From NCBI GenBank assembly GCA_028534125.1, contig CM052816.1:26166001-26230000 (forward strand): 64,000 bases of DNA, read 5' to 3'. Each line of letters opens with the position of its first letter. Within the stretch, counting starts at the first letter, position 1. The notes under the pieces were generated by a model, which saw only the letters and a program-made list of their open reading frames with translations, had not been told where the DNA came from and did not search any database. Positions 1-12,770 of this stretch are shown here, piece by piece. The DNA is from Lama glama (lineage: Eukaryota). The translations under genes were made by a program, and so were the position numbers.

Positions 1-455
1 ATCAACTAACTCCATCTCCTCCCAGACTTGCCCTCTGCTCCAGCCACATGGAACCCCTTGCTGTTCCTCCAGTAAGCAAGGCCTTCTACCATGTCACGGC
101 TCTAACAATTACTGTTTTATCTGCCTGGAGTCTCTTCCCCCAGCTATCTGCTGGGCTCTGTTTTACCTTTCACAGACCTTTGCTCGCCGTCATCTCAGCA
201 ATGCCTTTCCTGACCATCCTGTTTAAACTATACGCACTCACTCTATGGCTTTCATCTCCCTTCCCTGCCTCATTAGCCTCCAGAACACTTGTCATCTGAT
301 ATTCTATGTAATTTACTTGATTACTCTTCCTCTCCCACTGGAATGTAAAGAACATGAGGTCAGGGATTTTTGTTTGATTTGGTATATCCCCAGTGATTAA
401 AAAATAGCTGATACCTAGTAGGCATTGGATTAATATTTGTTCAGTAAAGAAATGG
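1..455 (+). mobile_element. L2 LINE 3' fragment
   Basis: Ends with typical L2 3' motifs: ctggaatgtaaagaacatgaggtcaggga...tatccccagtg...tagtaggcattggattaatatttgtt. Confidence 0.8.
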
Positions 456-599
456 AAGAACAGATAAAACAGATCTTTGATGCAAAAGATTAGTTTATGG
501 CAAATTCATGCTTTTTTCTACTTAAATAATTAAATTATTATGCATTTGCCTGTCTTAAAATTATTTTTCATAGAAAACCCATGGTGACAAAAATATAAG

Positions 600-800
600 T
601 GTTAGAAGCCTCACTTCTAATCCTGGCTCTAGTGTATTAGTTGTGTGACCTCACTGAGTCTCAGTTTTCATAAAAGTGAAATGAAAAATGATAATATCTA
701 ACCTGCCTAACTCGAAGAGTTGCTATGAGGATAAAACATTTTATATGTAAAAGCACCGTGAAAACTATAAAGCTTTTATATATAAGTTATTGTTATTTCC
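600..800 (+). mobile_element. MIR SINE
   Basis: MIR core: ttctaatcctggctct...gtgtgacct...tgagtctcagttttcat...aaatg...gttgctatgaggataaa. Confidence 0.75.
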
Positions 801-1589
801 TGTGAAATCTTCCCTAAGGAAGTTGCTTTGCACTTCAGGTAAAGTAATGAAGCGTTACTCAAGCAAGACAAGTCATCTTAACAAATTGGATGCCTTGTTA
901 ACTTTATATGTCAGAAATAAGGGAGGTGATGGGGTCCTTTGAACACTGCTTCACTGTGAATGCTAAGCAGCAATTATCAGTGCCTACAAGTTGTCTTGAT
1001 CTACCTGACTTGGTGAAAACCCTGGTAATATATTTGGTGGAAATGAGTAGAAATTGTCAGTGAGGTTTACTTAATGGTCCTCAAGCCACAAATATTTATC
1101 GAATATCTACTAGCTCTTTGTTAGGTGCTGAGAGGTGAAGCGGGTTGCCTAAGATGGTACACCCTCTGGCCACAAGTGTAGTCTAATAAAACAGAGAACC
1201 TTAGCACGTATAAGGAAACATGCTTTATATATCTGAGTAGCTGTGATTGTAATGTTAACATTTCTAGCACCTGCCCACTTCCCCGGTCTCAAATACTGCT
1301 TGTCCTGTCTCCTATTTTATGCTCTAGCAACTCTCGAACCCCTTATGGCTTCCCCCAAACACCACGGGTATCCCATGTCTTTATTCATGGGATTTCCTCT
1401 ACCTCAATTTCGTTCTCTCTTTCTATTTTCCTTTTGCTTTCCAACTTTTTCCCCTACTCTCTTTTCTCCTGCTAAAACATGTTAATCCTTTAAGACTCAG
1501 CTTTGCCATCAATTTTTGCAGTTCATTCCAGTCTCCTCACCCCCATCAATCTTGTCAAATTAGGTGCTCTTTGTCTCCAATTCTCTAGC

Positions 1590-1855
1590 GGCACGTGGGA
1601 TAAAATCTAAGTTGTGCTCAGAATGAAATCAGAAGTCTTTGCCTGACTACATGCTCTGATCCTGGCCTCCTGCTGTGCCTCATCTCCCACTTTGCTTCCC
1701 TACAAATACTGGCTTGCTCTATGTTCTCCAGACTCTTCTGCCATGCCAGCCTTCAGTCTTAGGGTCTTTGCATTAGTCCTTTTTTTGCCTAGATACAGTA
1801 TTTGTCTGTCAGTTCAGGTGTTATCTCTTCAAATATTTGTGAAATGATTGATTGC
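1590..1855 (+). mobile_element. Degenerate L2 fragment
   Basis: ctcagaatgaaatcagaagtc...tctgatcctggcc...agggtctttgcatt...aaatatttgtgaaatgattgatt. Confidence 0.55.
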
Positions 1856-3369
1856 ATGCCCATGTCCCCCAGGAGCTGACAAGGCTAAAAACAGTTTGTT
1901 GAGATGACCTGAAAAGATGTTAGTCTCTGAAAGTCAGAAGAGAAACTGTAGCCTTCCTTCAGGTGACTATCATCCTGCACAGCTGCATCTTCTCCACAAT
2001 GTCAAAGTGATACATTTCTGAATTAGTAGGATTTTGTTAAGTAAAAACTCACAAGATTTTAGAACTTTAGTCTTTTGATCTTAGTGATCAGGACAAGCTC
2101 ATTTTATAAATGAGAAAACTGTAATATTCCAATCTCAGAATCCTGGGCCATAGCAGCTTCATGATTTGCAAAGCAGTAGTGTGGATTCTGAGTTAACAGA
2201 CAGATGGAGTTGTGTGCATGTGGTTCTGGTGGTCAGAGCAGGGAAGTAGAAATCCTGGGTGAGGGCCAACACTTTTTGTGGAGTCTCTGCCTAAATGCCA
2301 ACCTCCCAGTTCCTCTGAATCTCTGTCCCTTGTAGTCCCATCATTTCACTATTCCCTCCTGACAACACGTAGGGAAGGCAGTGTGATGTCAGACTTGGCA
2401 AGAGGAGGCAGACAGTAAAAGTATGAACTTTATGGCAACATCTTAGTGATTGATTGTTAAGCCCTGGCATATAGGAACTGTGTTGCATAAGAAAGCAGGA
2501 GACACCTATTTAATGCAGAGTGTTGATTTTGCAGATGGTGACTCCATTGTGTGAATAAAGGCAGAATGGGTCTTCTCAAAGTTAGAAGGATTCAATGATT
2601 ATTGATTTCCTTGGACTTGAGAAACCTGGTAGTTCTCCAAGATTTCATCCATGGTTACATCAGACTGAAAGAAAGGGTAGAGCTGGACAAGTGTAGCTGG
2701 GGTTGTTGATCCAGGGACGTACAGCTTTAGAAAGAACTCTTAGCAGTCCATTGTAAACAGTAATCTTCATCTAACATTTACAGTATTCTTTGTAAAATTT
2801 TAATCGGATTTCAACAATCAAAGGCTTTTCACAATTATCTGGCTTACTATGCCATGGTAACAGGAATCTGTCTAAAACTGAGACAAAGGCAGAATCTACC
2901 CTATTGGGTAAAACCAAACTGAATTCAGATAAAAGATTAGTTTCCATTTTTCTCAAATTGTAATCAACACACTGCTAATTATAGAGAGAGGAAGCTCTAA
3001 ACAGCTGAGCAGAAACATCGAAGTTCTTGGTTTTCTTTTGAGTCCCACTTACTAAATAATATAATTTGGCTGCTACATTTTTCTACCTGCCATTTGGTTG
3101 GCCCTAAATATGGCTTTATTTGACATATTGCATTGCTTAAAAATATTGTGAAAACTCTAAAATTCATCAGTCAATGTGTTCACCAATATTGAGGTTGAGT
3201 TTCTTTCTTTTATTTTATATCTTCTTATAACCCCTTGAGTTTGTTCATTGAAAAAAGGTGTTTTTCATAGTTGTGGTTATTGTAATTAAAATGTGCCACT
3301 TTAATCAGTATTCTGGAATCATAATCAGGTAGGATATCAAAAAGGAGAGGTAGAGGGTTACAGTGGAAA

Positions 3370-3825
3370 GAAGTAGGTTCTGGGCCTGATTCTGGTATTT
3401 TTTGGACAAATCTTCTCTGAGCATTGGATCTCTCATCTGAAAAATTAGTGGGCTGGGCAACAGAGAGTCAGAAAGTCAAATGTCTCCACAGGATCCAGGT
3501 TGGCTAAGTATGTAAGAGAAGCTTGCAGGCCGGATGGAAACTTTTGGCAAACTGGCATGCTAGATCTGAAGGGGATAAAAAGACTCGGCCTCAGATGTTA
3601 CACTCCTACCTCTGAGTATTCAAAAGGAGGTGGACATAGATGTTTATATATGCGATCTCATCATTTTTAAAGTTTGCAATTAATACCTACTATACCTATA
3701 AAAATAATTTTATGAGGTCAAGAAAACATATTGGAGGTTACATTTGGCCTGTGGACTGGCTTTTTGTGACCTTTGGATAAAGAACATTTAAAATTCTTCC
3801 AAGGTGTCAAATGTCATGAAAGAAA
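3370..3825 (+). mobile_element. MIR/MIR3-like SINE interrupted by a MER102-like element
   Basis: tctctgagcattggatctctcatctgaaaaattagtgggctgg on the left; resumes after 3775 (taaaattcttccaaggtgtcaaatgtcatga). Confidence 0.55.
3461..3775. mobile_element. MER102-like hAT-Charlie DNA transposon
   Basis: Starts cagagagtcagaaagtcaaatgtctccacagg; ends catttggcctgtggactggctttttgtgacctttg, resembling recalled MER102 termini. Confidence 0.55.
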
Positions 3826-6800
3826 AATAGGTCGTGCTTTCTTTCAAGTGTCATGATGCCTGCTCTCATTGTAGATGATGCAATATGGAAACCAAAAAAG
3901 AGCATTTATTAGTCTTCCGAGGAAAACCGGTCTGTTTGCATTGGTTTGCCCTTGTTTCATCCTTGTCATCATGTTTTGCCTCCTGCCTGGATCTGAACGC
4001 TCATCCTTAGCACCAGGTCCACTCCGAAGGTGATCTTACTGGGACAGGAAAATCATGTGGTCCGGGAAGACTTGCCTATGCTTTCCATGGACTGAATCTT
4101 CTTTTCATAATGAAACTAAGCCAATTTTCAACAGGTTGGAATACTCAAAAGAGCTAGAACAGTATAATGGATGAGTTTTGAACAAATAAGTTATTTTCTC
4201 AAACCTAGTTTACTTTTCCAGTTTAATAAGCAGCATTGAGGCTGTAAAGTTCTACTGTCAGCATTGTTTAATCATAACATCAAATTTCATGCAAATTGCC
4301 TGTAATGATGTGTGGAGTTGCATGAATGAATTATATATGGAGAGGAAGTTCTGAACAGCTGGGCAGAAACTTTGAAGTTCGCGGTCCCCTTTTGTATTTT
4401 GCCTCCTAAATAATATCATAATTTGGCTTGTACAATTTTCTCCCTACTCAGATTGTCCCTTAAACTTTATTTCCTATAAGCCCCACAGGATAAACTCTGT
4501 TGATTCTTTTGAATTCAGGCTGACAACGGATTTTGAGGTCATCAACTGGTAACACTGAAGTTTGAGCAGATGTCTTTTGTTAGCATGAAAATTCTGCAGC
4601 CACCAAATATTGTCTAAATAAGCACATATGTGGTTTTAGAGAGTGTCATTCGCATCTTTATCTTGGGCAAACACATGTACCGCACCCAGTCTTAACCCAG
4701 TTCTTCCATTACTGCTGTCATCAGACTCTCCAGAAAGAGATTGTCTTTAATAGTCTCTGTCCCGAAAATTACCTCCGAGCTTTGAATGAATTTTTTTCCT
4801 CAGGCTACATTTCCATGTTTAATGTTTTATAATACTGCAAGTGAAACAGTTTTGCACACTGCCAGAGTCCTACTTTACTTGTGGCAAAGTGGTGATTTGT
4901 TATACTGAATGACATTTAGTAAAACATACCCCCCCCCAAAAAAAAGTGAGGTGGAAAGGGAGACAAGAAGAGAAAAACTGTAGCTCACACAGCAGGCTTT
5001 GTGTCTAATCTGAATAACTTCCAACCCTGGTGAGGTCTCTTATCTTAATGACTTTGCTAAGGAAGTTGTCTTGTCACATCTATTTAAAAGCTTTTGCCTT
5101 GAATGAATCATTTACCAACAGAGCCAATTTGGGAACATTCTGATGAGATTTAAAAAAAAATGCTCAGTGATAAGGAGTGAAGCTTGAATGACTTAAATAC
5201 AAGAATAGACAAGTTTCATAGGATCCTGGAACTAGTCTTCAAAGGATCAGTGGATCTATTTATCTGGGAAGGAGGACTCCTAAAGATTTCTCTTTAGGGG
5301 AATAGCCATTTAAACAGACACAGATTCAGGGAAGGAAATCCGTAATGTTCCCATAGTGATTTTAGTTTGTTAATCTTTTTAAAAACACCCACCTGTTAGG
5401 GAGGCTGTACTTACGTATTTCATAATTCTGTTTTGAAGATTCTACTTTAGTGGCGCTAGAGAGTATATTGATCTTATTCATATATATCCCAGGACTGTAT
5501 TGACCACTGGGCTGTCGTTATTGTATAAAGTTCATCATCTTCACTGGATACTGATCTCATGTGCTTGGTGAGGCAATGACATGATTTTTCTTTGGTCGTA
5601 TTATAATCAGGAAAAAATTCCCAGGACTTACTGGAAACATACACCAAAAGAACCGCCATCAGTCCCTCCTCATGGAGTCCCCCTTTTGGGGTATTTTGGG
5701 GCTTACACTTATTTGAAAGCTGGATATACTTCACTCAGTGCCTGCTTACAGTGAAGGGGATGAAATATTGGAAACCTACTGCATGGCAAGTACTTAGAAA
5801 GTGCTGGACTAAAAGGTATTAGAATGGAAAAATGAGAAAACTTAATATGCAAGAAACTAAATAAAGGAGTGGGCACTGATACTCATTAGAACTACTCCTT
5901 GCCGCCATCCTCCTCACCATCATCTGTTTAAAGGTGTAGGAGTGGGTAGAGGGGAGATCCAGGCCACCTAGGAGATTTTCATGGGTGGGGAGTGCTCCCA
6001 ATGAAGTCATAAAAGCCTCATTCGTGCTCATCTTAATGTAGGCCATCTCAGCGAGAGCAGAATCACTTAAGTAGATAATGGACAAGAAAAGGTTTCTGTG
6101 GCTTTTTCAAGGTTTCAACCAAAATCTTGTCTAAAACAAACATTTCATCAGCTGCATTAAGCTCTAGTATTAGAGTGTGACTGGATCTCAGAGGCTTAAA
6201 TGTAAGGAGAAAATGTGTCAAGTGAACATGTGGCAGTGCACAGATGGGAGAAGAGTGAGGAAGAGTCAGCCCAGGGAAGTTAGTGAAAGGAACTGTGCAC
6301 GGGCCGGATTCTGGAGGCCCCAACCGCTGCGGAGTGGGTCATCCAGCTGGAGGGTAGAAATCTCTTGGTGGTACTTCCCATGAGGACTTCCTCTCCTGTG
6401 TACAAGATAGGCAGCAAAATAAAGAAACCCATCACAGCAAGTGGCAGGAGACCAGGGCCAGAGCAAAGGCAAGAAGAAAATGGGAGTAGGGGGCTCTGTG
6501 GGGGGAGAGTGAGAGAGTCAAGGCTGACCGTGTCCTCCTCTGTCAACCGTATGTCAGAGGCACTGCCCCACTTTCCTTCTGGTACAAATCACAGTGCACT
6601 GGCTCTGGGGGCTGTCGGCCAATCGGGTTCAACATGTGAATCTTCCACTGTTAGGATCCGAACTCCAGGGCCCTTTGCATCAAATTCAGATTGCAGGTCT
6701 GGAGACTTCTAGAACCTGGGAGGTTGCAGTTGGGATTTCCATGTGGATCTATTCATATTCAGAGTCCTTGGGAACCATAAAAAATGCTTATTTGATGATA

Positions 6801-6988
6801 ATTTTCCAGTGCTTTCAGAGGTACTAGAGAAAGGGGGTAAGATACAATGCTTTCTGGCTGGGGCTCCAGCAGAGAGCTTATCATTCTTATTTGGGAAAGT
6901 GAATTCTCTTTTTTACTTATGTCCTTTGCAATTTTTCTTTGTTACGTTTCATTACTTACAAGCCTACTGATCAGCAAATCATCCCAAT

Positions 6989-7327
6989 TAGGATTGCCAG
7001 ATTTCCCAAATAAAAATACAGGGCCAGTTACATTTCAAATTCACATAAACAATGAGTGGTTTTTTTTGTTTTTGTTTTTTAGCATTTATGTTGCTTGTCC
7101 CAAATATATAGAGGTCTTACTGCATTAGGAAATATTTGGGGTTTTTTTTAAATGAACCTATGGGTTCTTATATTCAGAAAATAAATATACAGGATCCCTG
7201 GTTAAATTTGAGTTTCAGATAAATAATAATTCACTTTTTACTTATTAGACATTCTTATACTAAAATTCATTTGTTGTTTATCTGAAATTTGTGTAATGAG
7301 TGTCCTGTATTTAATCTGGCAACCTAA
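6989..7327. mobile_element. MER53-like hAT MITE, compound (extra left arm)
   Basis: TIRs taggattgccagatt / aatctggcaaccta; palindromic arms; near-identical 8-bp TSD atcccaat (6981-6988) / atctcaat (7328-7335). Confidence 0.85.
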
Positions 7328-7403
7328 ATCTCAATGCAGAGTAGATTCTTTCATCTTTTCATCTTAAATTTTTTGAATCTTCAACAAAATATTATGTAAA
7401 AGG

Positions 7404-7846
7404 TGGTATGGATTGAATGTGTCTCTCCAAAATTCATGTTGAACCCCTAAACACCCAATGTGCTGGTGTTTGGAGACTAGACCTTTGGGAGGTAATTAGG
7501 GTTAGGTGAGGTCATGAGAGTGATGTTTCACCATGGGATTAATGTCCTTTTAAGAAGAGACACCAGAGAGCTCTCTTGCTCTGCACTCTCCCCCCTTCCC
7601 CTCTCCCCACCTCTCTCCCTCTCCTATCCCTCCCCTCCATGCTCACACAAAGAAACGGTCATGTGAACACACAGCAAGATGGTGGCTGCCTATAAGCCAA
7701 AAGAAGAAGCCTCAGAATAGAAACCAACCTTGCTGGCACCCTGATCTTGGACCTCCAGCCTCAGAGTTGGAAGACAATACATTTCTTTTGTTCTTAGCCA
7801 CCCAGTTTGTGCTACTTTGTTGCAGCTGCCTTAGGAAATTAACACA
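7404..7846 (+). mobile_element. MLT1A-like MaLR solo LTR
   Basis: tggtatggattgaatgtgtctctccaaaattcatgttgaa...gggaggtaattagggttag...gatcttggacctccagcctc...aattaacaca. Confidence 0.88.
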
Positions 7847-8149
7847 CCACCTGACTGTTTTCTTGAATGTGCCGTGCTGTTTCCCATCATCTGATTTTGC
7901 TCATGCCCTTGTCTTGATTGGCAGTGTCCTACCCCCCACCCACCTCTCTCTATGACTCTTACTCCAAGGCCTAGCAAAAACTCTGAGAAACCTTCCCTGA
8001 GCCTGTCCCTTTCAGGTAGAATAAATTGGTCCTTCATCTGAGTGCACATAGAAATTTGTTGGCCCCTGTACTCTAGGACTGTCATGTGAATGTTTTCATT
8101 CATTGAACACCTAATGAACGTTGCAAATATTTGTTGGACCTGTCAAGAG

Positions 8150-8350
8150 CATAGCACAGTGCTAAGCATGTGTATGCTGTCATCTGGCTTTCACATAAAC
8201 CCTGTGTGAAGCAGGTTTTATTGGATGTGGTGTTTACAGACAGGGAAAGTTAATGTGAGCAGAATTAAGTAAATTGTACAAAATCATGCACCTTCTAAGC
8301 ATCAAGGCCAGAATTCAAATTCAGGCCATCTGATTCCACAGTCTTCTCTC
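8150..8350 (-). mobile_element. MIR SINE
   Basis: Reverse MIR core: tttacagacagggaaagt...aattaagtaaattgtacaaaatcat...gaattcaaattcaggccatctgattcca. Confidence 0.65.
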
Positions 8351-9628
8351 TCAGTTCCTCTTGCACATTGCTTCCAGCTCTGTGTCTTTCTCTCGTTTTT
8401 CGGAGATTAAATCCTGTGCTTTCAGCGTCTTACCATAGCACCCCACCTGTATCAGCATGAATGAAGTGTGTATGAAATTATAGGGTATCACTGCATGCAG
8501 TTGCAATGACTGCAGTACAGATAATATGTCTTAGATGAATAGGATAGAACGTGTTGCGAAGGAGAGCAATCAGGTTTGCTAGAGAATTGACAAAGGTTTG
8601 AGTTAATATGGGGTTGCAATATTTATCACATACTCACCCCTCATGTATTGAAGAACACTGTTAACTTGTCACCAAGATGAGTAGTCTCTCTCTTCAACAT
8701 TTACTACACTTTCCCAAACTTTTAATTGATTTTGCCTCATTCCAGATCCTTTTTCCAATATCACCACTGACCTAAGTTGGAAAACTCTAGAAAAATTAGA
8801 ATTTCTCTGTGAGATATAAAGATGAAATATTCTTAGATTTTCAGAAGTATTTTCCACTAAATAAGCATTTACTGAAAAATTACTAAGTGCAAGGAAGTAT
8901 TCTAGAAGTAGTGATTAAGAATGTGGTTGATATAAAAAAATACCACTGGAAGATTAGATCACCTTTCTTTAAGGGTAAGTTTTATAAATATTTATTTTGA
9001 TTTGTTTGAGGTCAAAATGATTATTTTTGTCTTATGCCTGCATAAGACATGTCATTTTGTTGCTGAAATCCAAGGATGTCTTACGGAAGAGAGCAATGTT
9101 CTTAACGAAGTATGTCCCAGATGTTGAATATCACTAAGTATTACCAGAAAAAAAAGTACTCTAGTATGGAAAATAAAAACAATATCAACCAGTTTGATTT
9201 GTTTGTTCTAACTGCAGGATTTCTCTAAGCCTTAATTTGCTAATAGTCATTTTGAATCCCAAAGATGAGAAATCGTAGCTTTTTGCGTATTTATTCGACA
9301 GTAGACTTTTTTTCTCCTTTGCTTTCTCAATGAGGTTATCCAAGGAAAACACTTAAGGACTTTTGGTTTAATATCCCTTTACTAGAGATTATAAGAAACC
9401 TTTTATTTTTGCTCTTGTTTTAAAATCAGTTTCTCTGTTTTGAGTAGCATTTGTCTTGGACTAACCTTCATTTAGTTAACAAGTATATCAGTGATTTAAG
9501 AGTTTTGCATTATACTATCTTATTCATAAATTCTGCATCAGAGGAACAAGTTTCAGTGTTTCTTTTCCTCAGGAAATTACAACTGGACATTGGGCTTTTT
9601 GCCTAATACTGTGTTTTCTTCTCCTTGA

Positions 9629-9696
9629 ATTTTATTTTATTTTATTTTATTTATTTTATTTTATTTTATTTTATTTTATTTTATTTTATTTTATTT
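9629..9696 (+). repeat. (TTTTA)n microsatellite, ~13 units
   Basis: Directly visible; abuts an LTR fragment and reads as (AAAAT)n on the minus strand. Confidence 0.95.
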
Positions 9697-9868
9697 GAGT
9701 AAAGGTAGATTTATTCAGAGAGATACATACTCTACTGACTAAGTGCAGGTAGTCTCAGAAGGCAGAGAGAGCAACAGAGGTGCTTAGGAGATGCACATTC
9801 TGTAGACAGAGTGCAGACCATCTTACTCAGAAGGGAGAATGGTGGCCTCAGAGTATGGGGTCGGCTAG
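9697..9868 (-). mobile_element. ERV1-type LTR fragment, same family as 32328-32969
   Basis: gagtaaaggtagatttattcagagagatacatactct...tctcagaagg aligns to gagtaaaagcagatttattcagagaaatgcacactcc...tctcagaagg at ~32455-32520. Confidence 0.8.
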
Positions 9869-10844
9869 GAGAATGAGATTGGCCCAAATTTAAGTCAAGA
9901 AGCATCTTTATCCATTATATTCTATCATATTCTTATAAATGAATTAATGAGTAATGAATTAAACAAATAGCATACTTACTATATGTTGGAAATTTAGGAA
10001 GGTATGTGTATCATTATTTGTATAATTACTGATGCCCTATTTAAAGATAACTGAATTCAGCACTGATAGTTGAAATTACAAAAAATGAAGACCTGAGGAG
10101 GAGTAAAGAGTTAAAATCAGTAGCTGTATTTTTGTTTGGGTGTGTGAAGAGATGCTAAAGAATTAAATATTAAATAAATATCAAGATTATCCAGTTAGGT
10201 TACTAGCCAGGAATACGTAGTAAAATTTAGACTGCGCTAATACAATGGAAAGAATTTCAAATCGGGAACTGCTACCCTTCCTACAAGGGCCCATAGAATA
10301 TTCTCAGAGCAAGTGCTGAGACAATGACTCCTGGGTCTGAAAGCTTTATTCTTCATTCAAGTTGGGGTATTTTTTTGAAGTGTAAACAATGAAAACCTGA
10401 AATTTGAGGAGAGAGAAAAAAAGCAAGGGCAGGACTATTTTTTTATATTTCACCACCAGAGATTCATGTCCAAGTGTTGTATAATATTCACCTCTGATAA
10501 TGATAATGAACTTACTAAATTGTCAGTAATTCAGTCTACACACCCTTCCTTCTTCCTTTTATTTCTCTCTCTTCTATCCAGTTCATGCCAGGCAATGGCT
10601 GTTTAGAAATATTGAATAAATATCTGTTGCAGAAAACTACAGTACAGAGGAGGAGGACACATTGGACAGCAGTTTGTCATGAGAATTAGTAGATATTTTT
10701 CTGCTATTGGGAAAGTTCTGAACAAAGAGTCAAGAGCCTTTAGGATCTAATCAGACAGTATTATATCTGAAACTAATAATTCAGGTTGAATGTCTTAGAG
10801 CTGGTTAAAAAAAAATCCATTCTCAGAAGAAATTCTTCAGGGGA

Positions 10845-11020
10845 ATTAAACTAGCACTTATTAAATACCTACTGTAGTTGCTTTATATGTAGGTTATTTT
10901 ATGTAAAGGAGCTGTGTAACCTGTTCATATTTATGCAGTATGTGGAATGCAAATTCAAACTCGGATCCTTAGACGTCCACTTGGTACTTTTTGATAATTA
11001 CTCCATTCTAACACCATGCT
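10845..11020 (-). mobile_element. Degenerate MIR
   Basis: ctagcacttattaaatacctactg...gtaacctgttca...aaattcaaactcggatcctt. Confidence 0.5.
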
Positions 11021-11319
11021 TCCCAAACTCTGGTGTTACCTAGTTCCAGTTGCTGTTGGTGGCCTCTGCTGACACAGTGGTCTTCAGTAGATGAATGTAG
11101 TTGCTTTGGGGGAATGCTGAGATCCTGTCAGCCCCTCTGTCACCAAAGACACCTCAGAGAGGCACAGCTGAGCCTCCAGCTTCATTTGTGACCTACTGAC
11201 TCAATGACCTCTCACCCTTTTTCACCCTAGGGGAGCCACAGAGCCTTTGAAGTCTTACTCTGTCCTTGCTGAGGCTCCTTCCAGAGCACCTGGTCTCAGA
11301 GGGGCAGCAGTTTAACTTA

Positions 11320-11800
11320 TATTGGTAACTGAGTCATGACACAGAGAGATCGATGTCATTGAAAGAAGAATTAATTTCTAACATTTCCTGAGAGAAGAGG
11401 GTACACTGTGCCATGCAGGGGCATATGGGGAAGCACTAGGTTTTGGTCAGGAGGCAGAAATAGGAGTGAGGGGAAAGCTTAGGCCAGAACTTTCTCTGGG
11501 AAGTAAGACAAGGCAGAGCAGGATAAGTGGTGGACGCTGGGCCAGTGTGGGAGTCTTAGTCATCTGGTACTTGATCTTGCGTTGATTTATGGCAGGGGAA
11601 ATGTTGGCTTGTCTGTGAGAGTTAGATAAAGGAGGTGGTTGGGGTTTGGGGTTGGTTGGTTTGCCTACGAAAGCTGTGCTCCCAACCCTCTGCTTTCCCT
11701 AAGAATTAGCTAGTCCTGGGAGGAGCAGTCTCTCCCTGGCCAGCAGGATTTTTAAGATGGCAAAACATTATAAAATAAAAATAAAAAACATGATTGGTGC
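11320..11800 (-). mobile_element. Old LTR (ERVL-type) fragment
   Basis: gagagaagagggtacactgtgccatgcaggg...gcactaggttttggtcaggaggcagaa resembles old ERVL LTRs; subfamily uncertain. Confidence 0.5.
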
Positions 11801-11850
11801 TCATTCATCTTACGGTCCCTCTATACCCTTCAAGCCAGCCCTTCCAAATC

Positions 11851-12473
11851 TGTAGCCCAGAAAGGGCACTGTCTCTACATCCAAATACATCTCCTACCAC
11901 CAAATTGTGGATTCTTGCTGCCAGCTGTGAAAGGATTCACACAGCAGAAGCAGAGGGACAAAGTGAACAGCCGCTTTATTGCTCAGAAGGGGAAATGGAA
12001 AGAAGGTGCTTGAGCAGAGAGAAGGGAAGGAAAGCACTCAAGCAAGGAAGAGGTGCTTGAGTGGGGGGCTGTCAGTCATGATGGGCAGTAGGGACGCTCT
12101 GGGCCGGGTTTCGCCACATGGACTTATGAGAGGTTTCCACCATCATGTCCTCATTCTGGGTGTGATGGAGCCAGTCAGTCCTTTTTCGAGTTTTTCAGTC
12201 CTTTTGTGGGCTTTTCCTGTTGTTGTCATGGCAATCGTCAATTTTTGTGGTGCTGGTGGGTGTGTCATTTAGCATGCTAATGTATTACAGCGAGCATATG
12301 GAGAGGCTCAAGGTCCACAGGAAGTCAAATCCTCCACCGTTTTGGACTAGGTAGATTCTAACTCGTTCTTGTTCCTTCTGTGCAGCTGCCTTCTGAGACT
12401 TAGATGAGAGTAATTGGTTTCTGTTTGAGGGAGGGGCTGGGGTATGATCCTGGGGAAAACAGCCTTGGTAACA
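11851..12473 (-). mobile_element. ERV1-type LTR
   Basis: tttatt (minus-strand AATAAA) at ~11975; gctcaaggtccacaggaagtcaaatcctcca shared with the LTR at ~32830; ends ggtaaca; left boundary approximate. Confidence 0.7.
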
Positions 12474-12770
12474 AAAAGGAAAGTTGCTTTTAATCAGAAT
12501 GAATTAGTAGACCCAGCACCCCCCCCCCCATAAATCTCCAAAGGTTCTGTTCAGCCATGAAAATTTTAAAGGGAATTGAAGGAATAATCTCAGTGAATCA
12601 CTGAGATGGGTGGTTAGAGTCGTTGCCATCTCCCAGTTCCTGCAGGCTTGTCCTCATCAACTGCTTGAGCCCGCTCTTCTGTGACTCAGGGAGGCCTTGG
12701 GGGGGACTTGAGCTTTCTGTAAACAAGAGGCAGGGGAAGGGGCAAGGGCACAGGGTCCTGCTCCCTTTTA
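12474..12770 (-). mobile_element. ERV1-type LTR fragment related to 16205-16872
   Basis: tgtgactcagggaggcct...aaacaagaggcagg...gggtcctgct shared with ~16759-16865. Confidence 0.7.

Noticed and set aside
4519..4548. Possible 30-nt microexon (ttcag|...LTTDFEVIN...|gtaaca)
   Set aside because: Weak donor and pyrimidine tract, and no recognisable peptide; cannot be supported without RNA-seq.
5474..5734. Minus-strand ORF with protein-like stretch (SVSSEDDELYTITT)
   Set aside because: No recognisable homology and no convincing splice acceptor.
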